A stretch of 64,000 nt of DNA. Source: Octopus bimaculoides (Eukaryota). Each line of letters starts with the position of its first letter. Position 1 is the stretch's first letter. The notes under the pieces were generated by a model. The model ran no database searches and had not been told where the DNA came from. It was given only the letters and a program-made list of their open reading frames with translations. The stretch lies in NCBI RefSeq assembly GCF_001194135.2, contig NC_068983.1, positions 61,286,934-61,350,933 on the forward strand, in the 5' to 3' direction. Both the position numbers and the translations under genes were made by a program. Shown one piece after another: positions 1 to 14,758 of this stretch.

Positions 1-223
1 GAATTATAACTCAAACTGAATAAGATAAGTTTGCAGGAATTCCCATTTCCTATTGACTAGCTTAATCTCTCTTTATTTTTATTAAATATAATTTTATTCC
101 CCACATTTATAAATAATTTCATTTGTTTTGACCTTGGGACTCATTTGGATTAATGTCAAATGGAAATCAATAAAAATAGAATCATCACAGTACAGCCTTA
201 CAAACTGGAATGTAGCAACTTAC

Positions 224-270
224 CATGCTGGATTTAAACTTATGAGGAATCACTTGCCTAGTTTTGGGAT
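224..270 (-). CDS. MADD: MADD exon, 47 nt (DPKTRQVIPHKFKSSM), probably penultimate
   Basis: Long poly-T tract then gtcattacag / ATG|gtaagt; phase 1 to 0; aligns to human VPEIKEVVSHKYKTPM. Confidence 0.93.
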
Positions 271-3099
271 CTGTAATGACAAAAAGAAAAAAAAAAAAAA
301 GAGAAAGAAAAAAAGAAAAGAACATTGAATTTTTTAGTGATTTCATTTTTTCTGCTTTAGATATACCATAGAATAAATAATTATCAACTGGGATCTCCTT
401 GATATGCATAATTCATATAAACTCCTCTAATATAAAAAAAGTATTAATCTATAATGTGATGAACTTATGCTTACACAAGTGGCGTAACCATTTTGTTCAA
501 TCTTCACAGCAAGGCTAAAATTATGCTTACTTAAAAATGTATACTTTACATTTCAAACTAATGGAAAAAGTATATGCACATTTGAGCTTTTTGCTTTCAG
601 TTATTGTAAATATTTGAAATAATAGGTGCTGTGATGCACACATGTTTATAAGAAGACTCGTTCTATCACCTACTTTTGATTCATTATGTAGAATTTACAT
701 TATTTTTTTTATGAAGATTATAAAATTGTGAACCACAGAGAGACAAATGTTAATATGCCATCTATAATAATAAATGGAAAGATTGTGTGCTTGTGAATTT
801 GTTAGTTTAACTCCTCTGAGACTATCAAACAACCTTGATGAAACTTGATACGTGTGTGGGGCTCGAAGGTGTACATAATAATGGTGGAGGTAGTAATTAT
901 TACCAGGTACCACATGTGGTCAGGAACGTAGTATCCATATCAGTATTAACAAGGAGTGTACAAAAAGTACAGTAAAATGTCTGGTAATATTGATTGATAA
1001 CCAAAACTTTGACGCACATTAAAGTAATGAACAACAAATGTCGCTGTGAAATGATTGCTATAAATCACTTTGATGACTTATTGAAAAAAGTTGCTCTGCT
1101 CAGTTGACAGCAAAAGATTTCCTCCTTGTGGTTTATATAAGAAGTAAGACTTGGAACTGTTAAATGAGAGATTCATAGCAACAAAAGAGCTGAGTGAGAC
1201 AATTATTTTGAGAAAATTTTAGTGTAAGTGAGTAGACAAAGGCCAATGAACCAAAAGCATAGGTAAATATATATGTTGGTAGGGGAAAATAACACTAATC
1301 AATGATGCACAACCATTGAAAAACTGCTATGGATTGGCGATGAAATATACCATAAAGTGAGGTGGATTTAAAGAGACTTGAGAAGTAGTTAAGTTATAGT
1401 TGAAGTTGTAGAGCCACAATTAAAGGGAATGTACAATGTTCAGATAAAGCAGTAGGCTTTGATGTTTGCAGTTAATATTTACTAAGATACTAGCTGAGGT
1501 TCAGAGTGAATCTCTAAGTTATAGTGCATAGTTAAATGACTGGAGGAAGATACAGTTTGGTAAAATTATTCCAGAATAACAAAGTATTTTCAAGGTTTTA
1601 ACACATAAGTGATGGTAGATGGTAATGAAAGCTGATACATTACAAGATCATTTTCACAATTTAAATGTTTTGCCTTATCGGTCAAATAGTAACACAATGT
1701 AGAAAAATCTGTTTAAACTAAGATTAGAATAATAAACTATTCTTACAAATATGCATATCCTTAGACTTAGCAAAGATAAAGATCTTAAAGTGGTAATTTA
1801 TAAAAACATTTAATTCTTTAAATAAAGAGCTGAGACAGTTCAGAAGACCAAAAGTACTCTTGTAATGATAAGAGTAGCATTTATAGTAATAACAATCATT
1901 CCATAGCCTTTGAGACAATCATCAGATCATATTACCAATGTGGTAATATTTGGCAACTGCACTTCAAGAAAGACCAAATTCTTTTAGGAAATGTGTCAGG
2001 GAAAGCAAATGAATTGAATTTTTGAAATCTTATAATCAGGTGGTAAGGTACTACTTTTATAGGGTCTCTGAGAGGAGTGGGAGGGAAAGGGGAAGATATC
2101 CTCAAATAGGAGACCTGGCATGAATGCTTGTAGTATATAGAACAAAATGAAATCCACCAAAGGGACCTAAGGTGTAAGGTGATAGTGTTAATGTTGATTG
2201 CAACATTAAAGCAATTATCCTGAAACCAGAATTAAGGTACTTGATTTACTGTAAACAGTACAAAATGGAGGAATTGGGGTTTTATATTACAAAAATAGAC
2301 ATTAACAAAAATTATGAAATATTAGAATTTCATTTGTCAGCATTTAAAAGACTTTAGCATGAATTATTTAAGACAACATTTAAAACAAATTTATACAGCA
2401 ACCACTCACAATAAACTGATTCAAATTGGTTACCAAGTAAGATTATTGAAATTATTTTGACAATAGACTTGATAATTACTATATGAATAATACATTTAAC
2501 AAACTCCATCTTGATATACTGCAAAAGTGCATTACGGAAAAGTAGTTGCCCTCAGGCTGTGATAGTAAGTCATTCAAACAAAACTTGAACATTCTCTTCG
2601 AAGTCCAATATTATGTGGACTAGTTACAGAAGGAGTCGAGGAGGATCATAATTTTTAGTTTAGAAATCTGAAATATGTAATTTCATACTGGCTTCTTTGC
2701 AAAATGCTAACTTGGTGTGTGTAATTTGTGTGTGCATGAATGTTAATATATCTCTTTCTCCTCCCATACTATCTCTGAAATTGTGGAAATTAATATTGCT
2801 TCCAAATCTAGAATAAAATAGTGAACTTCAATAGTAAAAGTTAAAAACGAAACAAGAATTAGTTAACAAAACAATATATGGAATTAAGTTGTGGGTTCAG
2901 ATACAAAATTTGAACAATATTTTGAAATTAGTTACTGTAAATAAAGCAATTTTATTCATTATATTTAAAATAATTACTTTCATCTTTTCTATAAAATAAA
3001 TGATGATTGAAATGTCTCAATTTGTCATTGGTTTTAATACATGTATGATACATATAGACAATGTGTCATAAATCCAGATGTCATTATTGAAAAGTATGT

Positions 3100-4140
3100 A
3101 GAGAATGATAGTGGCACACTCACCCTCACTGATACTAATAAGAAAGAAGCATGGAAACGACACTAAAAGAAATTGATAAAGGATGGGTTAAAAGCGGAAT
3201 AACCAAAATACATCCAATTAATGAACCAAGTCATGAATAGAAGCAGAATTATCGAGAAGCTTATCAGGAAGAGAAGAGAACTAAGAGATGTACTTTGGTT
3301 TTGTGCCAAGACATGGAACCACTGATCTTTCTTCTTTGTGGAAAAAGTACAGAAAGGTCTCCATAGTTCTCATAGTTGAATCAGTTGGAGAGTTAGATTT
3401 ACATTTCCAAATGTGAAGCAGGAGTTTAGAATTGAGATGTCAATTTAGTCAAAATTGAAAATGGGATACAGCTACTGAGAGAGAAGCAGTCATGCTCAAC
3501 ATTCAAAAAGAGAACAGATAGAAGCTCTAAATAGTGTAAACATTAAAAACAATGAGCAGACAAAAGGTGCAGTGGCATATCAGGAAAGCCAACAGAGAAG
3601 GATTTCATATGTACCAGATGCAAAGTAGCAGTTAGCAACAGAGCACCTAAGAAATGAAGGTTTTTAGCAACTCAGAAAGCTCATTAGAAGTAGTTGATAG
3701 CTTCTGCTACCTAGGTGTCCTAGTCAGCAATGGAGGTAGGTGTTATGGATATTAAGACTGAATAAGAATGGAAGGGGAAATTTTCAGGGAATAATTAACT
3801 CTTTTGCAATAGACGGCCTTTCTCTCTCTGAATGAAGGGGAGACTATATGATACTTGAATATGAAATGATGCAACATGGTTAGGGCTAAATATGGAGGAT
3901 ATTTAAAGCTGAAAATAAATGAAGAAAGCATACTTCATTGAATGTGTCATGTTATCATGCATGAATGATAGAGTGCAAGAGCATTGAGAGAAAAACTTAG
4001 AGGTAATAGCCTCCTTATGTAGGAGAGAAAACTGTTCTGGTAAGAACATGATGCACATGAAGAATGATATTAGGTGAAAAATATCAAACAACTTTTATAG
4101 AAGGAGCCTGCAAATATGTGGGAAGAAGTTGTAACATAAG
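3100..4140 (-). mobile_element. Highly decayed CR1/L2-like LINE remnant
   Basis: Purine-skewed, less AT-rich block with scattered LINE-like peptide fragments and no intact frame; boundaries approximate. Confidence 0.3.
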
Positions 4141-6705
4141 TATATTGGATAGTAAAAACCATAGAAAATACTGTAATGAAATGGAGACATTCAACCCATA
4201 CAAACATACAGAAGCAGTAGTATAAATGATGAAACAAAATTTTAATACTGATTGTCTATGACATAAATATTTTACATTTAGGTTCTTTAGCATAGCATAC
4301 AAATTTAGAAAATGTATTATTTCTAACTATATAGATTCATATGAAGGCAGTAAAGGTTCCTAACTTTTAAATGTCTAGTAAAATGAAAAGATGAAAATAG
4401 TAATCAGGAAATCTGAAAAGCAAACAATAACGACACATTTTAGAATTATAGCATTACAATGTAAAAATGCTTCACTTTACTTTGATAATAGTAATTTAAA
4501 TCAACAATGAAGTAAAACTTTCAACAATCAGTAAAATTAGTAGTTATTTCATATAAGAATGAATAAATAGAATGAAGTAATATCCATTAACAAGAACACA
4601 TTGTATATTTATAAAGAAAATATCTTTAGTTTACAGAATATTTGTAAATATTACAATGAAATGCACAATGTTCAACAAAGAATGCTGCATCTAATCAGAC
4701 TGGTGTAAGAAAAGATTCATCAAAAGAAGTATAAGGTTAAAGATTATGAAGAAACCAACAGTGGGTTAATGTTAAACTTTTAATAACCAAGAAATTATGT
4801 TTGAAAAGGTTTCTGTTGCATTTTATGAATAGTCAGTAAAATTTTCTTCCAAAATAATATTTTAAAATACTACTAAATAGTAATACAGTAGTCTAGCAGT
4901 AGACTTATAGAAGAAACATATTCCCATTTAAATTATCTTTATAATATAATAGTGCTATATTTTCCAGAAAGCTGTCATTAATCAGAGAGCTGCAAATTCC
5001 TTTTATCATACAGCATGTTATATAAAATAATTTTACTCATTTTGTCTAAACAGCCTAATTTGAGTTACCACCACTAGTCAATTATTTAAAATTAAAAATT
5101 TGACTTTTAATTAATAAATCATGAAAAATTTAACTGGAATAGCTCTTCATCATCATTTGTGAAAGCAACATTTTTCAGTAACGATCAATATACTGATACA
5201 AAAGGTCTGTTATAGAGGTGTAAACTTTTGAATCCATGAATGAATTTGATTATTGCTTGAAGTCATTTAAGTGTATTTTCATTCATTACTAAAGCCTTTG
5301 GGAAATACATCATCTTTATATATCTGTGCTTAACTAAAAAGAAATTACACTAGATTCTTTTGACTAAAGTACATGATCCTTACATTTACAAGGGAACAGA
5401 AACAGGAAGTTGAGATCTCCTGATTTTCAACATAGAAAAAAAAAAAGCAAAACAAAACAAAAAAAGTACCAATATATAAAAAAAAATGACTAAACAGTTG
5501 GATAAAATAATATTCGCAAAGGAATTAGAATGGTTCAGTTTGATAGGGTATTTATCAGGAAAGAAGCAACAGTGTGTCTTTACATGTGCTGTGTCCTTGG
5601 TAAAAACACACATAACTCAATTTTACCATAAGTAGAGTTGCATTATAGAAGAGTGTTTCTTTAGTTTGCAGAGTGAAAGACAAATCAACTCACCTAATTG
5701 AGAAGGTACCTCAGGAGGTATCTTTCTAAAAAGATGACATTCCACCTTGTTGATATTAATTATTCATGCACCTCTTACATTATGTGAAGTCCAGCAATTA
5801 TTTCTATTTGCCACATTTATTAAAAAAGTAGTGCTTTACCTAAGACCAGGTCCTATTATTTATTTCCAAATACCTTAATTGGCAAACTAGTACAACAATG
5901 AAACAAATATAGTGAACTAGAAGTATCAGAACCAATAATGTTAGAAGTGATGGAAGACAAGGAAATAGTGTCTAAAATTATAGCCTTTAGAGGAATACTT
6001 TGATTAGAATCAAACCTGGAAGGAGCTGACCAACAAGACTTCCTTTTTCAATCACACAAAGTCACTAAAATGAGTAGTAGCAATATTTTTAGTGTTGATT
6101 TAATTGACAGTATAATGTGTCATGAAAAAAAAAAAACGAAAAAAAAAAACAAAAAAAAAAAAAAAAACTCAGCCCAGTATTCAGGATTACTTTTTCCAAC
6201 ATATTCAAACATTTTTAAGATGGTAGAATAAAATTTGAAATAGATTTAGCTGTAAATTATAGTAGATTGACTATCAATACAGTAGCTCCTTTGTTCATTA
6301 TCACCCAAGCACAAAGAAAGAATGTACACCACCAATATAAAGTATAGTGGTAAAACTGCTGTACTCTGCTAATCAGCTTCTGCTACAACAAAAATGAAGA
6401 ATACACTGGATAAATTTATTCTTAGAGACACCTTTTGAATAAGAGATAGGATGGCCATAGTTGGGAATTTTATGATTAGAAATCTGTTTAGTCATTGCTG
6501 ACCTTGGACTACACAACAAAAAGTATACAGAAATGGACCGGAAGGGGAGGGAATGTGACATGTCTAGACTGTCACAGAACATTCCACATGATTCATGACT
6601 TCATGCGGGACTGTGCAATATGGTTCTCAGCAAGGAAAAGGCATTGTATATAGCGTAGTCATTTGGTTAACTACTTACATACCATAGGTTTCCTCATCTT
6701 GTGTT

Positions 6706-6884
6706 CAGTGGTGGGTTCTAGATAAAATTAGCTGGGGTACTGCTTCAGAAAATTTTTAGCTGTTGTTTTAATATTGTGTAAAAGGAAACAAAAATATAAA
6801 AAGAAAATTTATACATAAACTTGATCGGTTCGTGTTTTAGTTACTGCTGGGTAGTGTGTTTAATTTGTTCACTGAACACCGCTG
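6706..6884. mobile_element. Possible small hAT-type MITE
   Basis: Ends cagtggtgggttc ... gaacaccgctg are imperfect inverted repeats; no matching 8-bp TSD seen. Confidence 0.3.
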
Positions 6885-9301
6885 CAAGTTCCCCTTGTTT
6901 TTCAAAAATCCCCCATAAATCACAAAATAAGTGGGGGGAAATGTACCCTATTTTTCAAATCCTGGCAGCAACACTGAAGCTGGAAGCAGGATAATAATCT
7001 AATTTTACACTTTATCACATTCAAGAATATAAACACATTTTTAAGCACAACATACATGGAGTCAAAAAGAAACACAACTGTTGTTCATGCAGTGCTCTCT
7101 CTCCCTTGTGTGAAACTTCCTTATGTCGGACATGCGAGCATGTGCACAACAGCCAAACATCGCATTGCTGGAACTGTGAAACACACAGTTCTATATGAGG
7201 ATTTTTGTATTATTTTTCATAAACTAGGGGATGGCTACTGACATTAAGCTTAAGGATTATATAATGTACAAGTATAAAGAAAGAATTAAAGAAAAAAGGA
7301 CTCATTATATTGAATGTTATTGATAATAGCGAATGGAAATAGGGGGTGCTGCAGTTCCTACACACAAACTACCACTGCTTGTTACAGAACAACTTTAAAC
7401 CTAGTAAAAATATTCAGTGTTATATTTTAGCTATTTCTGCATACTTTTATAATTCAGATTCAAATTGTGTTAATTCTTCCTTAACAGCCAATTTTCCAAT
7501 AACTGTACATATTTCACTTGGTCTTCTGTTACTTCAACAACCATTAATTCTTAGAGAATTCAACAAATTTTCTATACAGAGCAAGTAAATATTCTTTTGA
7601 TATTAAGCTTATTCATAATGATACAATATCATTATTTCATATTTTTCAGTCTCCTTTTAAAATTATTTGTCATAACATCCTCTTTTTATTAGTCAGAAAG
7701 AAAAAGAGTGTCAATGACCCATGCAAGCCATCCAAAACTAGTGACATTAACATAGCTGATACTTAGTTGGAACTTCTGTAAGTCAACATTTCAAGAAAGT
7801 ATATAGGTAAGAAAGGAATTCCAGAGGATTACTGCACTGGAGAGGCATGATTGGTAAAAGTGTTTATTGCAGAATTGGGGTGTTGGGGAACACAAGGATG
7901 GCGAAAGGAGAAGTGATAGGTACATAAGGTAAAGTTGGATGGATGGAGTATGCAGCTTGATAATTTAGAAAAGTAAAGGCTGTTGCAGTGAAGTTAGAAG
8001 AGGTAGAGAGGGGAAAATCCCTAGTTAACGTTAGTGTGTTTGTCAATTAACCAAATGACCATTTTTGATGCAGATAAGTTTAATTACGTACATAGCAGCA
8101 TTACTATTTCAGATGTGCAATCTGTATTCCAATGTTAATCAATATAGATATAACTAATGAGACTTGAACAAACTAAGTTTTTGGGAGGTAATTTTAGCAA
8201 TATCATATGTAAGGTCTCCTTGAGCAATCATCAAATATAATGCAGCAGCTATGAGTGCTTTAATTCTGTGTTGTTTGTACATAGAGGATGTGCAGTAGTG
8301 TGTACCTGATATTTCTATTGCTGCTGAAGGAGATTGTATTTTCATGTTTCAATTTAAGAATTGTTTTGAAGTCTCTGTTCAAAGAAGCAGTGTGAGATAG
8401 ACATGAAATCTCTAGGTTACATATATTGATGTTACTTATAGAAGTGCTAAAGAGTGAATGATAGTATGACATACATATATAGAGTGGATACAGAAATATA
8501 ACACTTGCTGAGTTCTACAAGCTGAATTTACTTTAATTTTAATGTACTTTATTATTTTAATTATTACAATGAAAAGACATGTACATAGAAACAGTAGGTA
8601 TCACCTTTGTGAAAATACTTTAGCTTAGCCAAAGAAGAAACATCTATGCAAGTTATACCTCAAACCATTAATCCAGATTGTAATCTTAATACAAATACCC
8701 AACACAAAACAGATTGAACTACATGACAATGCTTTCTCAATAAGTACCAGTTAAGAGTAAGTCTGCACTGTAAATTGGCAGGCTGCAGTTCCAGGTTGAA
8801 TTTTTTTTGCCTACTGTGCATCCAGTTTTTCTGTATATGTACAGGATAGCTTTTGTTTGGATAAATGTTTTTATAGCTGGATGACCAGCATATAACTAAC
8901 CACAACCATTGAAATAGAAGAACCCACTTTATTTAGTTAACAAAACAAGAGCAAGATGATTTGAGTTTTGCTCAATGGTATATAGCAACAAGCTTTGAAT
9001 TCATGGCCATATGGACAATAATGCAGAATCTGATTCTAACAATCATTACCTCACCATGAGTTTATCAGTTGCAGAGATGTGTAAAGTAAGTGACAAACGA
9101 CTAAAGCAACTTTGGAAAATTAAGATTGTTTAGTTAACTACAGCAGTGCCATAGATCGGCTGAATTAGAGTATACTGAAATTATCTTCCTACCACCACTG
9201 TATATAGCTCACACTTAAAAATTTTAGACATTTGTATTTTATTCCAATATAATTATTTTCATATTTTATACTTATGCAACAATTTTTACTACATAGAGTA
9301 A

Positions 9302-9510
9302 GGCGGCGAGCTGGCAGAATAGTTAGCACACCGGGCGAAATGCTTAGCGGCATTTCGTCTGCCATTACGTTCTGAGTTCAAATTCCACCGAGGTCGATAA
9401 ATTAAGTACCAGTTACGCACTGGGGTCAATGTAATTGACTTAATCCCTTTGTCTGTCCTTGTTTGTCCCCTCTATGTTTAGCCCTTGCGGGCAATAAAGA
9501 AATAAGAATA
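9302..9510 (+). mobile_element. tRNA-derived SINE (Nin/Deu-domain-like), internally deleted
   Basis: A-box-like TGGCAGAATAG, B-box-like GAGTTCAAATTCC, core GGTCGATAAATTAAGTACCAG, A-rich tail. Confidence 0.85.
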
Positions 9511-10559
9511 TTCTGATTTCTATTTTAAAAAGTTTTAAGATCAGAAATTCCGAGAAAATACAATCTTTAATTAGTGATAGATTCTAGATTATGAATTACT
9601 TTGTCATGTAATATATGACCCAAAGAGGGTGCAAACTATACTCTATCACTGAAGAGATGTAGCCAATTCCTTCATAGCTGTTACTTTTTCAATCTTGGCA
9701 CTGAATTGTAAAATCTCTTTCCATGCTAATATTATTTTCCAATTAATGGTTCTGCAAAATAACAATTAAAAACAATAGATTTGAACTGGATTAGTTCTGA
9801 CTTTCATGGAGGTCACAGATATTGTATATTGCAAGTATTTCAATACATTCTGATAGCTTGTGCAGTCTTGAAAGATTCTGAAAAGACTTCTAATTTACAG
9901 ATTACTGAAAACAAAGAAAATTATTCAATGGAAAGTATCCTGAATAACTGAAAAGTAAAACACACTTTTATAATAATTTTATGAAAAAAATGTAAAATAT
10001 TGAGGGTACAGTTTATATTGTAGAAATGCATCTGTAATATTTGTTAATATTAACTCCCTATCTATATTAAGTTTTAAGTTCTTGAAAGTATAAAGTAATT
10101 TTTGTGATATTTGCTTATTAGAGACTTAATAGTAATTTCTAACTTAGGAACAAGTCCACAAATTTAGGAGTAGGGATATGGCAATTTAATTGACTTCTGT
10201 ACTTGAATGAGATTTTATTTTTTCTTTCTAGTAATAAGTCAATTACTGATTATTTAAGGTAAATTTTTAAGGTTTTAAAGAATTATTTTCAGACACAGGT
10301 GAGAAGTTAAATTATTATCATTTTATGAGACAGGAGTTCAGTTAATCACAAAACGCTGAAATCGGGAAATTGATAGTTATACGAAATGTATACTAATTGC
10401 ATTGTAGATAATTGATATTTTTCTTTAAAAAATATGTAAACTATTCAGGATAACTGGTAAAAGACAAAATGTACAGCAACAGTTGGTAACATGCTACATG
10501 GAAGAAACTCCACTCTCTCAGGCAATTATTGCAGGAAGTGAACAAAGGGAGTAGTTGGA

Positions 10560-11300
10560 AGGCTTTTATTGCATCAGTCCAGTGCTTCCTAGCCTGCCAT
10601 CTTGTAGGATGTTTTCACTGCATTTATCCTGCTCTCTTCCAACATCAATAGTCCTCTCCAGTCTCTCATTGTGCTTGCTGTATTTATGCACTGTTCCTCT
10701 AACCTTGTCCCTATTTCACTAGCCTTTCCAAACAACTTCTTCATTACCTCAATATTCACTATTCTATTCCTCTCCATCATCTATGGCATCCCACTACTCT
10801 CTTAGCCTGTAACGATCTTCCTCTCACAGCTTCTCTGGATCCTTGACACACTTATCTCTTTCCGTATGTCATGCACACTTTCTCCCACCTTCTACCCACA
10901 GTCACCCTTATAACTCTCCTAGACAACCTACCCTTATCACTCTCTTTTACAGGAACCCTTGACACTCTTCCTTCCCTTGTTCATTCCATACTTTTCCTCC
11001 CAAAAGTATCTACTATTTTACTATTCCCACTAGCACCTATCACAACAATAAATCTGTTCCTTTCATCAGCTCACTTAAAATTATTATACTCTCTCATATT
11101 CGGTCAGTTATGGTAATTCTTTAGTCTCTCATGGTGACCTCACTAGTGCTGGTGCCATAAAAAATGTACCCACTACATTCTGTAAAATGACTGGAGTTAG
11201 AAAGAGCATCTAGCCATAGAAAGCATGCCAACACAGAACCATTGAAGCATGACACAGTCCACTAGCTCATCAGGTCCAACATGGAAGACAGACATAAAAT
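10560..11300. mobile_element. Decayed RTE-like LINE fragment (minus) followed by a degenerate RTE-tail copy (plus)
   Basis: Minus peptide ERNRIVNIEVMK resembles RTE RT (LRVNMEKTK). 11140-11300 resembles the shared ...agcatc(c/t)agcc(a/g)tagaaa... tail family. Confidence 0.4.
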
Positions 11301-14279
11301 GAGCTGTGTGTGTATATGCATACATGCATGTGCACATAAGCATACGAGTACATACACATAGAGTTTTAGCTATGTTATGAAGTGGAAGGGTTCATCAGGA
11401 AACATTGTTAGATATTGTGAAGCTTAGTACTTGTAGCAACGTTCATGACTAAAGAGAGAATGAGATATAACAGTATTTCCTGGACATGAGCCATAATTGA
11501 GATTCTGTGCTGCTGACAAGTACTAGATTACTTTGTCCTCATTGGAAGATATTTCTGGGGTCTCTGTCTGTGGAAACAATGCAAGTTTGGTATGAAATAT
11601 TTAAGTTACATGTTAATGACATTTAGGTGTACAAGGTAAATAAGGACTAAAAGAGTATTATCTATACAGAACCAGTGTTTAAAGAGACAGCATGTTGGTC
11701 ATTAATCTATAGAATGAAGAGTGGAATTTGGGTTTCGTCAGAGTTGGTAAAGTGTAGGTCAGTGAAAGTGGTATTAGCATATACTGCTATGGTGCAATCT
11801 GACAAAAGCTCAAGAGATAAGTGATGTTACCTAACAACATATTAATGTCAAACTGCAAATATTTTTGCTCATTGAAGATTGTCATTATCTTCATCAATTT
11901 GATGTCTATTCCCGTACTGGCATAGGTTGGGTGAGTCTGCGATATGGCTAATTATTACTTGTCCCATTTCTCAGCTATCTAATTTGTGAATTCTTTGAGA
12001 TCAGACTTTTCCACTTCCTTCCATATCTTTGTCATAGCTACCTTCCAATGTCAGTGTATGATACATTTTTTATGTAATGCTCTTTGTTCTTTCACATAAC
12101 TTGTTCATAGCAGTACAGTTGTCTCTTCTGCCCAGTTTAGCTAATATTCTTAATTCCATCTTCCATGTAAGTTAAACTTTAAGCATCTTATAGATCACAC
12201 CTAACTCCTTTCTCTTCTTCAGCAGATTCTTCACATTCAATGCTAGTGTTTCACTATCATACAATATTACATTTATTAAAAATGCTTCTTACAGTCTTAC
12301 CTTAGTTACCCTACTTCTTTCTTATTCTAGCTACAAGGTCTCACTAGAACCAGCCCAAAGCAGCTGTCATTTTACAAAACTATTTTAATTGCATTTTTAT
12401 GAGTAATTTTTATTGAATATTTTGCTTGAATTAGAAGTATATTATAATTTTGATAAGTGTGATTGAAGAAAAAATTTTAAAGCAAAATATTAAGGAAATA
12501 TTATATTTCTAAATTATTTTAGAATAATTTCTAAATGTTAACAAGGTTTTGACAAAAATTGTTTAAACTACTCAAGAGAATTGTGGAAATAAGGGAATGT
12601 GTAATTTAGCAATATTTGTGAAATTTTTGTAACCCAATTAGATATATATTCACTGACATTCTGAAATTAGGATACAAGAATTAATTAGCAATAAATGAAC
12701 TAATATAAATAAATAAATATAATTCCTTCAAATGATTGTAATAGGTTCATTACTTAATCATGTGAAAATATAAATTCTGTTGGTAAAAAAGGATTTTTTA
12801 TGAAAAAAGCTGAAAGCAATAAATCATCATTCAAAAGAAATCTGTTTCATTAATCAAACGCTGTTTAGGAGTTGGTAAGATAGAAAGTGTAATTCAATAA
12901 CCCATGGGAAAAAATGTAACAAAAAATAAATATTACTTAGATTAGATTGAACTTTATAAAGAAGAGAATTTAAAAAAAGTATAAGACAAAAAAAATTAAG
13001 AGAATAATGAAAAGGGTTAGCAACATGAAAGAAAAATATAAATCTTTAGTTGTTGATTTCTTTGGAGAGGTTTCTAAATGTTACATCTGACTTTAGCTTA
13101 AAGATTATTAATGAAATATTTGTTTCATATTAATTGGTTACTAGTTTAGAATAGCAAAACAATTCCTTAACTATGCTCCAGATATATATTTTGAAATGTT
13201 ATTAGAATAATGTTAATAGTGAAGGTTGAATTGTCTTAAAGATGAATTAAAAACCTAACATAAACTGTGTTACATTATTAAAATACTATATTATTATTTA
13301 GGTCCAGGTTGGAACTGATTGAGCAAACTTTTCCAGTTGTTTTCACTTCATCTTTTTTTATGTTTTATTTTTAACAGACATTGTGCACCTTAGACAAAAT
13401 TAACCAATGTATCAAGTTTTGAAGATGAGAGGGCATGAGTTCAGGGAAATTTGTCTACTATTTAAAAGTAGATAAAGAAACCACGAAGAAACTTTATCAA
13501 TGTGACATGTATTTATTGTTTGAGCCTAAGTCAACCTTGAACTAAGAAGATCTATAATGAAAAGCTTTCCAACAGGAACATTCCTGTCTTTTTATACACC
13601 TATAACTACAGTGTCCAATGTGACATGCCTTTTTAATAGAGCAAGGTGTGGTGTGAGGAATATTTGGCCGCTGTTTCTTGTAGGTTGAGCAACCTCATGG
13701 AGGTTGGCTTCATTGTTGGTTTGTAGTAGGAGGTGAGGCTTCTTGGTGATTATGTGAGAATCTGAGGTCAGTTTAATGGTAAGTCAAAGCATCTTGATGG
13801 TGGATGTTTGTTGTTTAACCCTAGCTTAGCCCTAATCAGATATGTTCAAAGGCATTCCAGTCATAATCATCTCATCTTATTTTTAGACACAGTGTATCCA
13901 GAATTACATAAATCATCTGTTTCTAAGATAGTAGAGTATAATCTAAAGATTTAGTGGCTATTTTTAGCAGGCTATAAGACCACATAGACTTCCAGTTGTT
14001 GCGATGACAAGATCAATAGAGTTGTGGACAAATCACTGTGCAATATTTCTTTAAGTACCTTTACATTCTTAGATTTCATTTTTCATCCTTCCAATGTAGA
14101 TAAAATGCGCATCAACTACTGGAATCAATATTATTGATTGTTCTTGCCTTCTAAAATTTGTCATACTTTGAAGATAGTGGGATTTAAAGCAAATTTGGCT
14201 ATGATTATTAGCAGATCAAGTGACCATATAGAGGCATGCCAATTGGCTTCATTAAAATAATATAAGGTGTTCCACACCA

Positions 14280-14430
14280 GAACAGCTCTGATGGGTAAGT
14301 GGAAGCGAATTTCTTAACCTTGTAGTTTTGGGCTCATTCCATTGCACAGTATTTTTGCAAATCTATTATAGCCCTGGGCTAACCAAAGACTTGTGAGTAA
14401 ATTTGGTGGATAAAAACTGAAATAATCTCG
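14280..14430 (+). mobile_element. Degenerate SINE of the family seen at 20425-20588
   Basis: Shares ctattatagcc...accaaagacttgtgagtaaatttggt...aactgaaa, followed by a (TG)n tail. Confidence 0.6.
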
Positions 14431-14721
14431 TGTGTGTGTGTGTGCACGCACACGTATGTTTGCTTACATGTGTGCCTCTTTGAAATTTGCAAGTTACAAG
14501 CAATATTGTTGTTGTCATTACTCCTGACAAAAACAATGAGCTGCTAGTTTAGTGACTTCAAAAAATGCATGAAATAAGAGATCCTAACTTGAAAAAAAAA
14601 AAAAAAAAAAAAAAAAGATAAGGGTCAGTAGCAGAAAGGTCGTTTGCTAAAAACAAACACTATAATAATATATTTGTCTTACCCATGCTAGCATGGAAAA
14701 ACACGTAAAAACGAATGAATG

Positions 14722-14724
<3 letters not shown>

Positions 14725-14756
<32 letters not shown>
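14725..14756. repeat. (AT)n microsatellite
   Basis: Direct inspection. Confidence 0.9.

Positions 14757-14758
<2 letters not shown>

Noticed and set aside
9302-9395. tRNA-like A/B boxes
   Set aside because: These are SINE heads with no cloverleaf or anticodon stem, so not tRNA genes.
12400-13300. Possible decayed hAT transposase
   Set aside because: Too degenerate; no reliable motif or TIR.
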